A stretch of DNA of 64,000 bases from an uncultured Oscillospiraceae bacterium (lineage in GTDB: Bacteria; Bacillota; Clostridia; Peptostreptococcales; Anaerovoracaceae): assembly GCA_964346675.1 (NCBI GenBank), contig CAYFUZ010000001.1, forward strand, positions 19,272 to 83,271, in the 5' to 3' direction. A program made the position numbers and the translations under genes. This document shows, piece by piece, positions 20,099 to 29,652 of the stretch. Every line of letters starts with the position of its first letter. Position 1 is the first letter of the stretch. Below the pieces are notes generated by a model. The model saw only the letters and a program-made list of their open reading frames with translations. It did no database searches and was not told the DNA's origin.

Positions 20099-21610
20099 AT
20101 GCTAAAGGGCAGTGTTTTAGGAAAGTTTTATAAATATTGGGAGGGCAGCTTCATTTTCGGCGTCTTCGCCGCAGTGGTTCATGTGTTTGCGAATGCGTGG
20201 AAATATTCTTCCATAAGAAAGCTGCTGCTCCATAAGAGCAGGCTGCAGAATCTTTACGAGCATGGAATGATAAGCCGCATGGTGGACGGAACATTGAATT
20301 TTGTTTTAAGGTTACTCTCCATGATATATCGTTTTTTTGAACCTGCGTGGAAAAACAGTTATGCTGCCCGTCTGATTTCCGGGTCAATCATTGTTGAATA
20401 CGAATTTATCATCGGGGCGTGGGTATGCTTCATGTTCATGGTTCCCCATACCCTTTGGTCCAATTTCTATGCGGTCATAGCTTCTTTGGGGCTGTTTGGG
20501 CTTTACGCACTTCTTGCGGCGGCAGGCAGACGTGATATTCTTTATCCGAAACATCTGAGTCTTCCGTTTGCGATATTTGCGGCAATAACGGCAATAAGCA
20601 TACTCTATACGGCGGACCGCCGTGACAGCTTCAGAAATATGTTGTTTTTCATGGCTGCGTTTATATTTATGTGGCTTACAGCCTCTGAGTTTGCTACGCC
20701 TAAAAAGCTCATGGGACTTTTCGGCTGGATATATATGGTTTTGATTTTTACGGCAGTTTATGCCATAGGGCAAAGGCTCACGGGCCTTGAAGTAAATCCG
20801 ACTTTCATAGATGCCGAACTGAATCCGAATATCCCGGCAAGAGTATATTCCACCGTCGAAAATCCGAACAACTATGCGGAACTTCTGGTTTTGTTCATGC
20901 CGTTGGGCGCGGTTTATGCTATGAACTGCGAAAAGGCGTGGCAGAGGTTTTTGCTTGCCTGCGGAATGATATTTCCGTCAATAGCCCTGCTGATGACCTA
21001 TTCAAGAGCAGGCTGGCTTTCAATAGCGCTTGCCGTCATAGTGTTTGTTTATTACACTAACAGAAAGCTGATACCGTGGATATTTGTAGCGGCATTTTTA
21101 AGCCTTCCGTTTATGCCTGCCAGCATATTGACAAGACTCGCGAATTTGCTGAACACTTCGGATAAAAGCGCGTCTTTCAGAATCAAATTATGGGGATACT
21201 GCCTGGAGCTTTTGTCGATGGATAACAGGTGGCTTACAGGTATAGGACTCGGCTCGATAACGCTGAAGCATCAGCTCGGCCTTGTGTCTCCCAAGGCCAT
21301 AGGCGAGGGCATGGCTCATACGCAGATGCTGTATATGGAGCTGTTCATGGAGTGGGGGATTTTCGGATTTCTCTCTTTCATGTGGTTTATAATCGGCCGG
21401 ATCAAAAACGGAGCGATCGCAATTTACAAAGCCCGAAATAAAGTTATAAAAGGAGGACTCGTTGCCGCAGTCTCCGCGCTTTCGGGGATGGCGATAATGG
21501 CGTTTTTTGAATATATCTGGTTTTACCCGAGAATCTTATACGCTTTCTTTATAGTGGTCGGAATACTCATAGGCTGCACAAGAGTCGCAGGAGAATTTGA
21601 TGAGAGCTAA
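20099..21610 (+). CDS. O-antigen ligase / Wzy-like polymerase family membrane protein
   Basis: 503 aa polytopic protein with a central loop typical of the O-antigen ligase (Wzy_C) family (TYSRAGWL...). Sits in a polysaccharide gene context. Confidence 0.7.
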   Translation: MLKGSVLGKFYKYWEGSFIFGVFAAVVHVFANAWKYSSIRKLLLHKSRLQNLYEHGMISRMVDGTLNFVLRLLSMIYRFFEPAWKNSYAARLISGSIIVEYEFIIGAWVCFMFMVPHTLWSNFYAVIASLGLFGLYALLAAAGRRDILYPKHLSLPFAIFAAITAISILYTADRRDSFRNMLFFMAAFIFMWLTASEFATPKKLMGLFGWIYMVLIFTAVYAIGQRLTGLEVNPTFIDAELNPNIPARVYSTVENPNNYAELLVLFMPLGAVYAMNCEKAWQRFLLACGMIFPSIALLMTYSRAGWLSIALAVIVFVYYTNRKLIPWIFVAAFLSLPFMPASILTRLANLLNTSDKSASFRIKLWGYCLELLSMDNRWLTGIGLGSITLKHQLGLVSPKAIGEGMAHTQMLYMELFMEWGIFGFLSFMWFIIGRIKNGAIAIYKARNKVIKGGLVAAVSALSGMAIMAFFEYIWFYPRILYAFFIVVGILIGCTRVAGEFDES

Positions 21611-22322
21611 AATCAGGATACGCGGCTTTGATATAGAAAAGCTGTACATGGATGAGGCTCTCGTCATAATAAAACGTATGTTTGAGGAAGAAGGCTTGTC
21701 TGTTATCGTTACAGCCAATCCTGAAATTATCGAACTCGCCTCGAAAAACGGAGAACTTGCTTCGGTTATAAGAAACGCAGATATGGTTTTGCCCGATGGC
21801 GTGGGTCTGGTATATGCTTCAAGAATTAAAGGCGCCCCTTTGCCCGAGCGCATAACCGGCATAGACATAGCTTACAAAATCCTTGAGTATTTGGCCGCAA
21901 GCGGCAAGAGCGTATATTTTCTCGGAGCAAAGCCGGGAGTGGCAAAGAGAGCTGCCGAAAACTTAAAGACAGCTCTTCCGGGGCTCATTATTGCGGGGGC
22001 GCATGACGGTTATTTTAATGCCGAACAAGAGAAAGAAATTGTGGCGGGTATCAATAACAGCGGTGCGGATTTTCTTTGCGTAGCCCTTGGTGCTCCCAAG
22101 CAGGAACTTTTTTTGACAAGGCACAAATACGAACTTGCGGCAAGGGTCGGCATAGGTATAGGGGGAAGTCTTGATATTTGGTCCGGGGACAAGAAAAGGG
22201 CTCCGATTTTTTGGCAAAAGCATGGTATAGAATGGCTTTACAGACTCATTACGGAACCCTCAAGGTTAGTCAGAATGCTCAAACTCCCGTTATTCCTAAT
22301 TAAAACAGTATTTGACAAATAA
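21600..22322 (+). CDS. tagA: WecB/TagA/CpsF family glycosyltransferase (N-acetylmannosaminyltransferase-like)
   Basis: About 240 aa. Family-typical motifs (VTANPEI, ADMVLPDGVGLV, FLGAKPGVA, ALGAPKQE, VGIGIGGS.D, EWLYRL..EP.R). ATG at 21600 preceded by AGGAG. Confidence 0.88.
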   Translation: MRAKIRIRGFDIEKLYMDEALVIIKRMFEEEGLSVIVTANPEIIELASKNGELASVIRNADMVLPDGVGLVYASRIKGAPLPERITGIDIAYKILEYLAASGKSVYFLGAKPGVAKRAAENLKTALPGLIIAGAHDGYFNAEQEKEIVAGINNSGADFLCVALGAPKQELFLTRHKYELAARVGIGIGGSLDIWSGDKKRAPIFWQKHGIEWLYRLITEPSRLVRMLKLPLFLIKTVFDK

Positions 22323-22369
22323 AGTTAAAAATAATAGAATCTTTCTGCAGGGTGTAGGGAGATTTTTTT

Positions 22370-23041
22370 ATGGAATTATTCAGGAATCCCATTGTTTTCA
22401 ATAAGCCTAAAGCTGAAATGAGTTACAAAAAAATAGCTTTTGTAGGTGCCTGCAAAGGTGCAGGAGCTTCGTTTGCCTGCTTAAGAGAGGTCGTTTTTGC
22501 AAAACACGGCGGGGTGCTTGCAGAGCTCGGAGGCCCTTATTTCTATGAGGCGCTCGGTATGAAAAAGCGCTTTGCCGGTAGGGGTTTTTGTTTTTATGAG
22601 GATCTTGCGGACCCATCTGAAATAGCTAAAATACGAAACATCGAGTTCGGAATTAACTGGCTTTTAAGGCGGACCGCTTCAAACTCCGGTGACGAGCCTC
22701 GCCTGATAAGGCTTATGACTGCGAATTTCAGTTCGGATGTCTATTTTGATTTTTCAGGTCTTTCGGAGGACAGTACCGCGGAACTTTTGCTTATGGCGGA
22801 CGAGATACGTCTGATTATAGACCCTCTGCCGGGACGCCTGATACCATCCGCGCCTTTCATAGAACGATTGAGGCTTATGTATCCTTCTGCAAAACTGGTA
22901 GTAAATAAGATGAATCGAGGGGTACACAGGAACGAACTCAGACGCTTCCTGGGGACAAGCGCTTTTGATGAAATTCCATGCTATCCTTTTGAAAAAATCT
23001 GCCGGGCCGAGTATGAATGCGTGCCGCCCGATTTTCGGTAG
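22370..23041 (+). CDS. Hypothetical protein, possibly a degenerate ParA/MinD-like P-loop fold
   Basis: 223 aa. KKIAFVGACKGAGAS resembles a deviant Walker A (KGGxGK[ST]) but lacks the second Lys. Later segments (YFDFSG, LIIDPLP, VVNKMNRG) sit where the MinD/ParA Walker B and specificity segments occur. The start is uncertain (alternative M at 22418). Confidence 0.45.
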   Translation: MELFRNPIVFNKPKAEMSYKKIAFVGACKGAGASFACLREVVFAKHGGVLAELGGPYFYEALGMKKRFAGRGFCFYEDLADPSEIAKIRNIEFGINWLLRRTASNSGDEPRLIRLMTANFSSDVYFDFSGLSEDSTAELLLMADEIRLIIDPLPGRLIPSAPFIERLRLMYPSAKLVVNKMNRGVHRNELRRFLGTSAFDEIPCYPFEKICRAEYECVPPDFR

Positions 23042-23092
23042 TTAAATAGTAAAAAATTCTACAACAATTCGCAAATATCTTTGTTTTTTTCA

Positions 23093-23121
23093 TTGACAAA
23101 TTGGTTTATCTGCGGTAGACT
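23093..23121 (+). promoter_or_regulatory. Putative promoter of the blaI/blaR1-like pair (TTGACA, 17 nt spacer, TAGACT), followed by an AT-rich partial palindrome
   Basis: Hexamers read from the sequence. GTTTAcTTATAAtAAAC (23131-23147) downstream has symmetric outer arms and could be an operator. Confidence 0.4.
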
Positions 23122-23180
23122 CAAGTCACGGTTTACTTATAATAAACTTGAATTTGAAGGGAATGGCTTAATTGAAAAGT

Positions 23181-23543
23181 ATGAAATTGGGTGAGATTCA
23201 GACAAAATTCGTAGAGATCGTCTGGGGGAACGAACCGATAAGTTCCGGGAATTTAGTCAAGATATGCGAATGCCGGCTGAATTGGAAAAAATCAACCACA
23301 TATACGGTTTTGCGCAAGATGTGCGAAAAAGGTATCCTGCAAAACAATAAAGGGATTGTTACCTCTAAAATATCTAAAGAAGAATACTATCAGCAAAAAG
23401 GCGAGCAGATCATTAATAATTATTTTGAAGGTTCACTTCCGGCTTTCATTGCTTCCTTCACGAATCAGAATGCGCTGTCGGTCCAGGACATCAATGAGAT
23501 ACAAGATCTGATAAACAGATACAAAAAGGATAATAATCTATGA
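23181..23543 (+). CDS. BlaI/MecI/CopY family transcriptional repressor
   Basis: About 120 aa winged-helix protein (EIVW..EPISSGNLVKIC......KKSTTYTVLRKMCEKGIL), directly upstream of and overlapping (ATGA) an M56 sensor-protease gene. The start is either ATG 23181 or TTG 23172. Confidence 0.85.
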   Translation: MKLGEIQTKFVEIVWGNEPISSGNLVKICECRLNWKKSTTYTVLRKMCEKGILQNNKGIVTSKISKEEYYQQKGEQIINNYFEGSLPAFIASFTNQNALSVQDINEIQDLINRYKKDNNL

Positions 23544-24928
23544 ACCTTGTGTTTACTAAAATCGTTAATATGAGTATAAGCGCCGGGATTCTTATATCTG
23601 CTGTTATATTGATCAGGTTATTATCAAAAAAGATCCCCAGGAAAATCTTCATCATAGTGTGGATTCTTGTTATGATAAGGCTTGTCTGCCCAGTATCGTT
23701 TTCAAATACCCTAAGTCCTGTTCCTGGTGAATTTTGCCTCGGAAACACATTAAAGGACGGAAGCTCCGGGATCACAAACTCCCCGGAACAACCCGGCAGC
23801 GAAGCCGGACAAACAGAAACACAAGCTGTGCCTGCAACACATGCATCAACGCTCGATAACAACAGAATATTCTGCGCTTTGTGGATTGCGGGAATGGTGA
23901 TTATTCTGACAAAGGCCGGAATAAAAACTCTCAAACTCAGAAGAACGGTCAAAGAAGCGAACAATATCCGGGATAATGTTTTTTTAAGTCCAAAAATCAA
24001 ATCTTCATTTGTTCTTGGCATCGTCAGACCCAGGATATATATTCCATCGTCTCTCGGCAAGGAATACCTAAGATACGTTATTGATCACGAAAAGGAACAT
24101 ATCATACACGGGGATCATTTACTCAAATTCTTGTTTTATATTATTGTTGCAGTGCACTGGTTCAATCCCCTGTGTCATATGGCATATCATATGTTCAGTG
24201 AAGATCTGGAGATGGCTTGCGATGAAAGAACGCTCAATCGCAGGGATACGGAGTATAGGGCAAACTACATACAGACGCTCCTGGATTGTGAAATATATTC
24301 ATCGGCATTGAGTATTGGAACACTTTCCTTTGGCAGTATTGGTATAAAAAGGAGGATTGAAAGAATTATGAGCTATAAAAAACCCGGTATTATTTCGCTT
24401 GCAGTTTTTGCATGCATCTGTTTTGCGCTTATATTTTTTCTGATGACAGACAATGCGGCAGCTGCTGAAATAAAAAATGAATCCCCCGATTATGATGACG
24501 GCATGCATATGGCAATCAGAGATGCAAACGGAGAAGAATTCGAAGCGATTGAAGTTGAGGATGCTGGGCAATTGGAACTCCCGGAAAGCCCTGCTTACAA
24601 TGACAATTATACCAGTATGCAATACGATAGTCTTTCGGATATACGAGAAGAAGTATTAAAAGAAGGTGTATACAGATGTGATGTAGAGAAGGGCGAACCG
24701 TTCTTTGCAGTATGTGACGGCAGAGTAATAAGCGCCAAATACGAGAAGGCGTATGGATATTGTGTTACTATAGAAGATGATGAAGGAAGGCTCTGGAAAT
24801 ACGGACACTGCAGCAAGCTCACGGCTAAAGAAGGCGATTCCATTTCCATTGGGAATCTGATCGCTTATACCGGAATCAGCGGACTCACACCTGTACCGGC
24901 AGTAATAATCCGGATAGTGAAGCAATAA
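23540..24928 (+). CDS. BlaR1/MecR1-like M56 sensor metalloprotease with a degenerate M23/LytM-like C-terminal ectodomain
   Basis: 462 aa. N-terminal TM segments and the zinc motif HEKEHIIHGDH (HExxH). After a last TM segment and an acidic linker comes an M23-like core (AVCDGRVISAKYEKAYGYCVTIEDDEGRLWKYGHCSKLTAKEGDSISIGNLIAYTGISG) with no HxxxD His and no terminal HxH. Confidence 0.8.
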   Translation: MNLVFTKIVNMSISAGILISAVILIRLLSKKIPRKIFIIVWILVMIRLVCPVSFSNTLSPVPGEFCLGNTLKDGSSGITNSPEQPGSEAGQTETQAVPATHASTLDNNRIFCALWIAGMVIILTKAGIKTLKLRRTVKEANNIRDNVFLSPKIKSSFVLGIVRPRIYIPSSLGKEYLRYVIDHEKEHIIHGDHLLKFLFYIIVAVHWFNPLCHMAYHMFSEDLEMACDERTLNRRDTEYRANYIQTLLDCEIYSSALSIGTLSFGSIGIKRRIERIMSYKKPGIISLAVFACICFALIFFLMTDNAAAAEIKNESPDYDDGMHMAIRDANGEEFEAIEVEDAGQLELPESPAYNDNYTSMQYDSLSDIREEVLKEGVYRCDVEKGEPFFAVCDGRVISAKYEKAYGYCVTIEDDEGRLWKYGHCSKLTAKEGDSISIGNLIAYTGISGLTPVPAVIIRIVKQ

Positions 24929-25023
24929 ATGCATGGGGGAAACACATTGCTTGTTTTTGTGTTTATTTCAAGAGATTATTTATAAGATGATCAGAAAATT
25001 ACCCCAAACATTTTAATAGTTTC

Positions 25024-25057
25024 AACAGGGGCCATGGCAGGCTCCTGTTTTTGTTTT
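25024..25057 (+). terminator. Rho-independent terminator after the blaR1-like gene
   Basis: 10-bp stem AACAGGGGCC / GGCTCCTGTT (one G-U pair), 6-nt loop, then TTTTTGTTTT. Confidence 0.7.
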
Positions 25058-25117
25058 CTTATGTCCCGGTTTTGCCGCACCGGATATGTTAAAAAAGATA
25101 TAAAAGTTGCTGTGTCT

Positions 25118-25145
25118 TTGCAACGAAACAAAAATATAGTATAAT
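25118..25145 (+). promoter_or_regulatory. Putative sigma-A promoter for ftsE (TTGCAA, 16 nt spacer, TATAAT)
   Basis: Hexamers read from the sequence about 20 nt upstream of the ftsE start region. Confidence 0.45.
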
Positions 25146-25165
25146 ATAGTGTAATTTTAAAACAG

Positions 25166-25858
25166 GTGGAAGCATTGATAGATTTTCATAACGTAACTAA
25201 AAAGTACGGAGACAACATAGCGCTTGATAACGCTACCCTTCACATAGAGGGCGGAGACTTTGTTTTTCTGGTCGGCCCCTCGGGCGCAGGAAAATCGACG
25301 TTCATCAAGTTAATATCCAGAGAGATAGATCCTGACAGCGGCAGCATAATAGTTGACGGCAGAGATATAACCAAACTTTCGAACAGGGAAATCCCGGCGC
25401 ACAGAAGATGCATCGGGATGGTTTTTCAGGATTTTAAATTACTTCCCAACAAGACCGTTTATGAAAATGTTGCGTTCGCGATGGAAGTAATACACTGCAC
25501 ACAAAGAACAATTCAAAGACAGGTGCCTCAGGTACTTGAAATCATGGGCATTGCCAACTCTGCGAATAAATTTCCGGGAGAACTGGCAGGGGGCGAGCAG
25601 CAGCGCGTTGCCATAGCAAGAGCTATTATAAATAATCCTAAAATACTCATTGCGGATGAGCCGACCGGCAACCTTGATCCCGATACTGCCTGGGAAATCA
25701 TGAAGCTTATAAATCAGATAAACCGCCGCGGTACTACCGTGGTAATGGTTACTCATGCGAAGGAAATTGTCGACCGCATGGGAAAGCGTGTCGTTGCTAT
25801 AGACGATGGGAAAATTGTCCGCGACAGCAAAGAAGGAGAGTACGGTTACGATGATTAA
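25166..25858 (+). CDS. ftsE: Cell division ABC ATPase FtsE
   Basis: Walker [10 protein letters not shown], signature LAGGEQQRV, Walker [12 protein letters not shown]. Followed by ftsX. The start is GTG 25166 or, more canonically (MIDFHNV..), TTG 25175 after AGGTGG. Confidence 0.93.
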   Translation: MEALIDFHNVTKKYGDNIALDNATLHIEGGDFVFLVGPSGAGKSTFIKLISREIDPDSGSIIVDGRDITKLSNREIPAHRRCIGMVFQDFKLLPNKTVYENVAFAMEVIHCTQRTIQRQVPQVLEIMGIANSANKFPGELAGGEQQRVAIARAIINNPKILIADEPTGNLDPDTAWEIMKLINQINRRGTTVVMVTHAKEIVDRMGKRVVAIDDGKIVRDSKEGEYGYDD

Positions 25859-26744
25859 GGCGCTCTCGTATTCTCTGAAGGAATCTTTTAAACAGGTCGC
25901 AAGAAATCGCGGCATGAGCCTGGCATCCGTATTTTCCATAACGGCAATGCTGCTCATATTGGCTGTAGTTCTTGCTTTGACTGTAAACATAGGCTATCTT
26001 ACAGAGACCGTAAAAACTCAATTCGATACGATTGAGGTTTTTATGCTTGATGAAGCTTCGCAGGAAGATGCGCAAAAGCTTATGAGCGACCTTAAGGCCA
26101 GATCCGAGGTTAAAGAAGTACAATATATAACCAAAGAACAGGCTATGGAGGAGTTCAGGGCGGAATGGGGCGACAGAGCCTATTTGCTTGACAGCCTTGC
26201 GGGAAATCCCTTGCCCAATTCGGTAAGAATAACTTTGTCCGATCTTCAGAATGGCGCAGTAATCAAGGCTATGTGCCAGGGCTACAGTAGTGTTGAGGAT
26301 GTGCGCTTCTATGCGGATGAGGTTAACAAGGTTCTCGAAATAACGGATGCCATAGAAAAAGGGGCGTTGGTAATCATCGCATTTCTTGTAATAGTTTCGA
26401 TAGTGGTGGTAAGCAATACGGTAAAGTTGACGGTACTTGCAAGGCGAGACGAGATTCAGATAATGAAATGCGTGGGCGCTACAAATTGGTTTATAAGAGG
26501 ACCGCTGCTTTTGGAAGGTGTGATTATAGGTCTTATATCCGCATTGATAGCAACGGCAATATCGTCGTTCTCTTATATGAAGATTTGCGATGCCTTAAGC
26601 ATGCAGGCTATTTCGCTCTTTTCCACCGGCCTTGTGAATTCAAAGTTCATGATTGTAAACTTCATTTGGATATTCCTGGCGCTCGGAGTCAGCATAGGAG
26701 CATTCGGAAGCATACTTTCAATGAGACGTTTTCTGCAGGAATAA
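25851..26744 (+). CDS. ftsX: Cell division permease-like protein FtsX
   Basis: About 297 aa. N-terminal TM, large extracellular loop, three C-terminal TMs. Start [11 protein letters not shown] overlaps the ftsE stop. Confidence 0.9.
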   Translation: MIKALSYSLKESFKQVARNRGMSLASVFSITAMLLILAVVLALTVNIGYLTETVKTQFDTIEVFMLDEASQEDAQKLMSDLKARSEVKEVQYITKEQAMEEFRAEWGDRAYLLDSLAGNPLPNSVRITLSDLQNGAVIKAMCQGYSSVEDVRFYADEVNKVLEITDAIEKGALVIIAFLVIVSIVVVSNTVKLTVLARRDEIQIMKCVGATNWFIRGPLLLEGVIIGLISALIATAISSFSYMKICDALSMQAISLFSTGLVNSKFMIVNFIWIFLALGVSIGAFGSILSMRRFLQE

Positions 26745-26758
26745 TAAGGGGTTAGTTA

Positions 26759-27934
26759 ATGAAAAAGGGGAATGAAGAAAAGAAGAAGCTGATTATACGC
26801 CTGATAGTGTTCGTTCTGGCGATTATAATGGTTGCGGGCTTTATTATCGTTCCGTTTATTTATGCCGATGACCTGTCCGAAAAGCAGGGAGATTTAAGAG
26901 ATCTGAACGATGAAATAAGCAAGCTTGAGCAAGCCTTGAAATCAGGGAAGTCCACCGTCAATGAGCTTAAAAAACAGATTAAGGACATTGAGGGCAAGGT
27001 TTACTCGGCGCAGCAGAAATACAATGCTCTGATGACCGAACTCAACGTCACCAAACAATTAATAAGCAGCACTCTTGCGGAGCTTGAGATAATACAGAAT
27101 CGTATGGATAGTCAGACAGCCAATCTGAATATGCGTGTCAGGGCAATGTATAAAAACGGCAGCATAGGTATATTGTCGGTGCTTTTAGGTTCTGATTCAA
27201 TGCGCAGCTTTCTTACAAATATGGAAATGGCGAAGAGAATTTACAGTTCCGATGAGGAACTTCTTGAGACCATACAGAGCGAGCATGCTCTTGTTACCGA
27301 AAAGAAAAATGAACTTGTAAAGTTGAAAGAACAGCTGGTGACGCAAACAACAGAGGTTGAAAGATACAAATCGGCTTTGGACGAGAGTGAAGCTCAGCTT
27401 GCCAAGCAAAAACAGAACGTTGAAAAAAACAACAAGGAGCTTGAGGCCCAGATTGACAGTTTAAATGAAGAAGCGGACAGACTGGCTGCCGAAATACTCA
27501 AACTGCAAAGTAAAGGTGAATATGCAGGGGGCGTAATGTGCTGGCCGTCAAAGGCGAGCAAGAAAATTACCTCCGGTTTCGGCAACAGAATGCATCCGAT
27601 TCTCAAGAAATATAAGTTTCACACCGGTATAGATATAGGGGCAGGAATGGGCACCGATATACTTGCCGCAAATAACGGCAAAGTAATAGCGTCCGCGTAC
27701 AATGCGGGAGGCTACGGTTACTATATAATGGTCGACCACGGCGGCGGAATAGTGACGCTTTATGCGCATTGTTCAAAGCTTCTTGTAAGTAAAGGAGACG
27801 TTGTTGTGCGTGGCCAGACTATAGCAAAGGTCGGCTCGACAGGAATGTCCACCGGGGCGCATATTCACTTCGAAGTAAGAATTAACGGTAAGTATGTTGA
27901 CCCGCTGGCTTACGTAACTGCCGGAAAATATTGA
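26759..27934 (+). CDS. Coiled-coil M23 peptidoglycan metalloendopeptidase (EnvC/PcsB-like FtsEX partner)
   Basis: 391 aa. N-terminal TM, long heptad-like coiled-coil region, intact M23 catalytic motifs (FHTGIDI, YAHCS, GAHIHFEV). Confidence 0.88.
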   Translation: MKKGNEEKKKLIIRLIVFVLAIIMVAGFIIVPFIYADDLSEKQGDLRDLNDEISKLEQALKSGKSTVNELKKQIKDIEGKVYSAQQKYNALMTELNVTKQLISSTLAELEIIQNRMDSQTANLNMRVRAMYKNGSIGILSVLLGSDSMRSFLTNMEMAKRIYSSDEELLETIQSEHALVTEKKNELVKLKEQLVTQTTEVERYKSALDESEAQLAKQKQNVEKNNKELEAQIDSLNEEADRLAAEILKLQSKGEYAGGVMCWPSKASKKITSGFGNRMHPILKKYKFHTGIDIGAGMGTDILAANNGKVIASAYNAGGYGYYIMVDHGGGIVTLYAHCSKLLVSKGDVVVRGQTIAKVGSTGMSTGAHIHFEVRINGKYVDPLAYVTAGKY

Positions 27935-29652
27935 TGGCTAAATGGATAATTAAGCAAAATATGCATAATATGGAGCAGGGCCGTTTCGGAGTCCCTGCTT
28001 CTGTTATAGAAATAATAAGAGGCCGCGGAGTGAGCGATGCGGATATTGAAGACTATCTTTCGGTTACGCCGCAGCGCACCTACGATCCTTTTCTCATTCC
28101 GGATTTAAAAGAAGCGTCGGAGACACTGATTGCCGCCGTAAGAGGCGGAAGAAAGATTTGTATTTACGGTGACTATGATGCGGACGGTATCACTTCAACC
28201 GCCCTGCTATACAGCGCCTTAAAGTATCTGACAGATGAGTTGTGCTATTATGTTCCGAGCCGTTTTGTGGATGGCTACGGCTTGAATAATGCAGCGATAG
28301 ATAAGATTTTTGAACAGGGTGTAAAGCTGCTCATAACGGTTGACTGCGGGAGTACCTCTCCAAAGGAAGTTGAGTATGCAAAGTCGCTGGGCATGGAGGT
28401 TATAATCACTGACCACCACAGACTTTTAGATAACATGAATCCCGACTCACTGTTTGTCAATCCCAAAAGACCGGAAAGCAGCTATCCGTTCAATGAGCTC
28501 TCCGGCTGCGGAGTTGCCTTTAAGCTGGTTCAGGGTATACAAAGGACGCTTTTGGCAAGCGGCGATATGACCATAACAAAGAGCAGACTAAACTCTTTGC
28601 TCGATCTTGTTGCGATTTCCACGATTGCGGATGTGGTTCCGCTCATTGACGAAAACAGGAATCTTGTAAAATACGGTTTGAGTATAATAAACAGAAGAAC
28701 AAGACCGGGACTTGCAAGTCTTCTTGAAAGACTTGATATAAGCGAACGTTTAATAGATTCTTCTGTCATTGCATATATATTGGCGCCCAATTTGAATGCT
28801 CTGGGCCGAATGGGTTCCGCGGAGCTCGGAGTAGAGCTTCTTTTAAGAACAGACGACGCTCAAAGGATTGACGATTTGGCAGATGAGACCGTAAGGACAA
28901 ATCAGTTCAGAAAATCCGTGCAGGAGGAGACAGCAAAACTTTGTGAAGCAGTACTTGCTTCAGAGGACTGCGGCGACTATGCTCCGGTTATTTATGTCCC
29001 CGGAGCCCACGAAGGTGTAGCGGGAATTGTGGCGGGAAATCTTAAAGAACGCTTTCATAAGCCGGTCTGCATAGTGACTCCGGCGGAAGACGGAACACTT
29101 AAGGGCACGGGAAGATCTGTGCCCGGAATAAACCTTCACGGTCTGTTTGAAAATTGCGGCGATGTGTTTACACGCTTCGGAGGTCATGCAGGCGCCTGCG
29201 GATTCAGCTTGAAGCCGGAGAAGCTTGCGGAATTCAGAGCAAGGATGCAGGAACAGGTCAAAGCCATGATAGAGCGTGAACCGGAGTTGGCGGAAGAGCA
29301 TATATTTGTAGAGAAAGAGTTGGCCGAAAACGAGAAAAGCATCGAGTACGTACAGGCTGTAAAAAAACTCGAACCCTTCGGTGAAGAAAATCCTGCGCCG
29401 CTGTTTTGCGTAAGAAACGCACGTGTGAGCAATTTTTTTACGATGGGTGTGGAATCCCAGCATTTCAGGTTCAAGGCAACGGCGGCGGACGGTGTACCGA
29501 TAGCTTGCGTGCTGTTTGGCAGGGCTGCGGAATTTTCAGACATAATGTATAGCGGAGCGACGGTGGACGTTGCGGGAGAACTTGATATCAACGAGTTCAG
29601 AGGCGAAAGAAACCTGCAGCTCCTTGTAGTGGATATAAAGGCAAGTAAATGA
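27934..29652 (+). CDS. recJ: Single-stranded-DNA-specific exonuclease RecJ
   Basis: DHH family motifs (YGDYDADGITS, TVDCGS, ITDHH) and DHHA1 (GGHAGACG). Its ATG overlaps the TGA of the M23 gene. Confidence 0.93.
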   Translation: MAKWIIKQNMHNMEQGRFGVPASVIEIIRGRGVSDADIEDYLSVTPQRTYDPFLIPDLKEASETLIAAVRGGRKICIYGDYDADGITSTALLYSALKYLTDELCYYVPSRFVDGYGLNNAAIDKIFEQGVKLLITVDCGSTSPKEVEYAKSLGMEVIITDHHRLLDNMNPDSLFVNPKRPESSYPFNELSGCGVAFKLVQGIQRTLLASGDMTITKSRLNSLLDLVAISTIADVVPLIDENRNLVKYGLSIINRRTRPGLASLLERLDISERLIDSSVIAYILAPNLNALGRMGSAELGVELLLRTDDAQRIDDLADETVRTNQFRKSVQEETAKLCEAVLASEDCGDYAPVIYVPGAHEGVAGIVAGNLKERFHKPVCIVTPAEDGTLKGTGRSVPGINLHGLFENCGDVFTRFGGHAGACGFSLKPEKLAEFRARMQEQVKAMIEREPELAEEHIFVEKELAENEKSIEYVQAVKKLEPFGEENPAPLFCVRNARVSNFFTMGVESQHFRFKATAADGVPIACVLFGRAAEFSDIMYSGATVDVAGELDINEFRGERNLQLLVVDIKASK

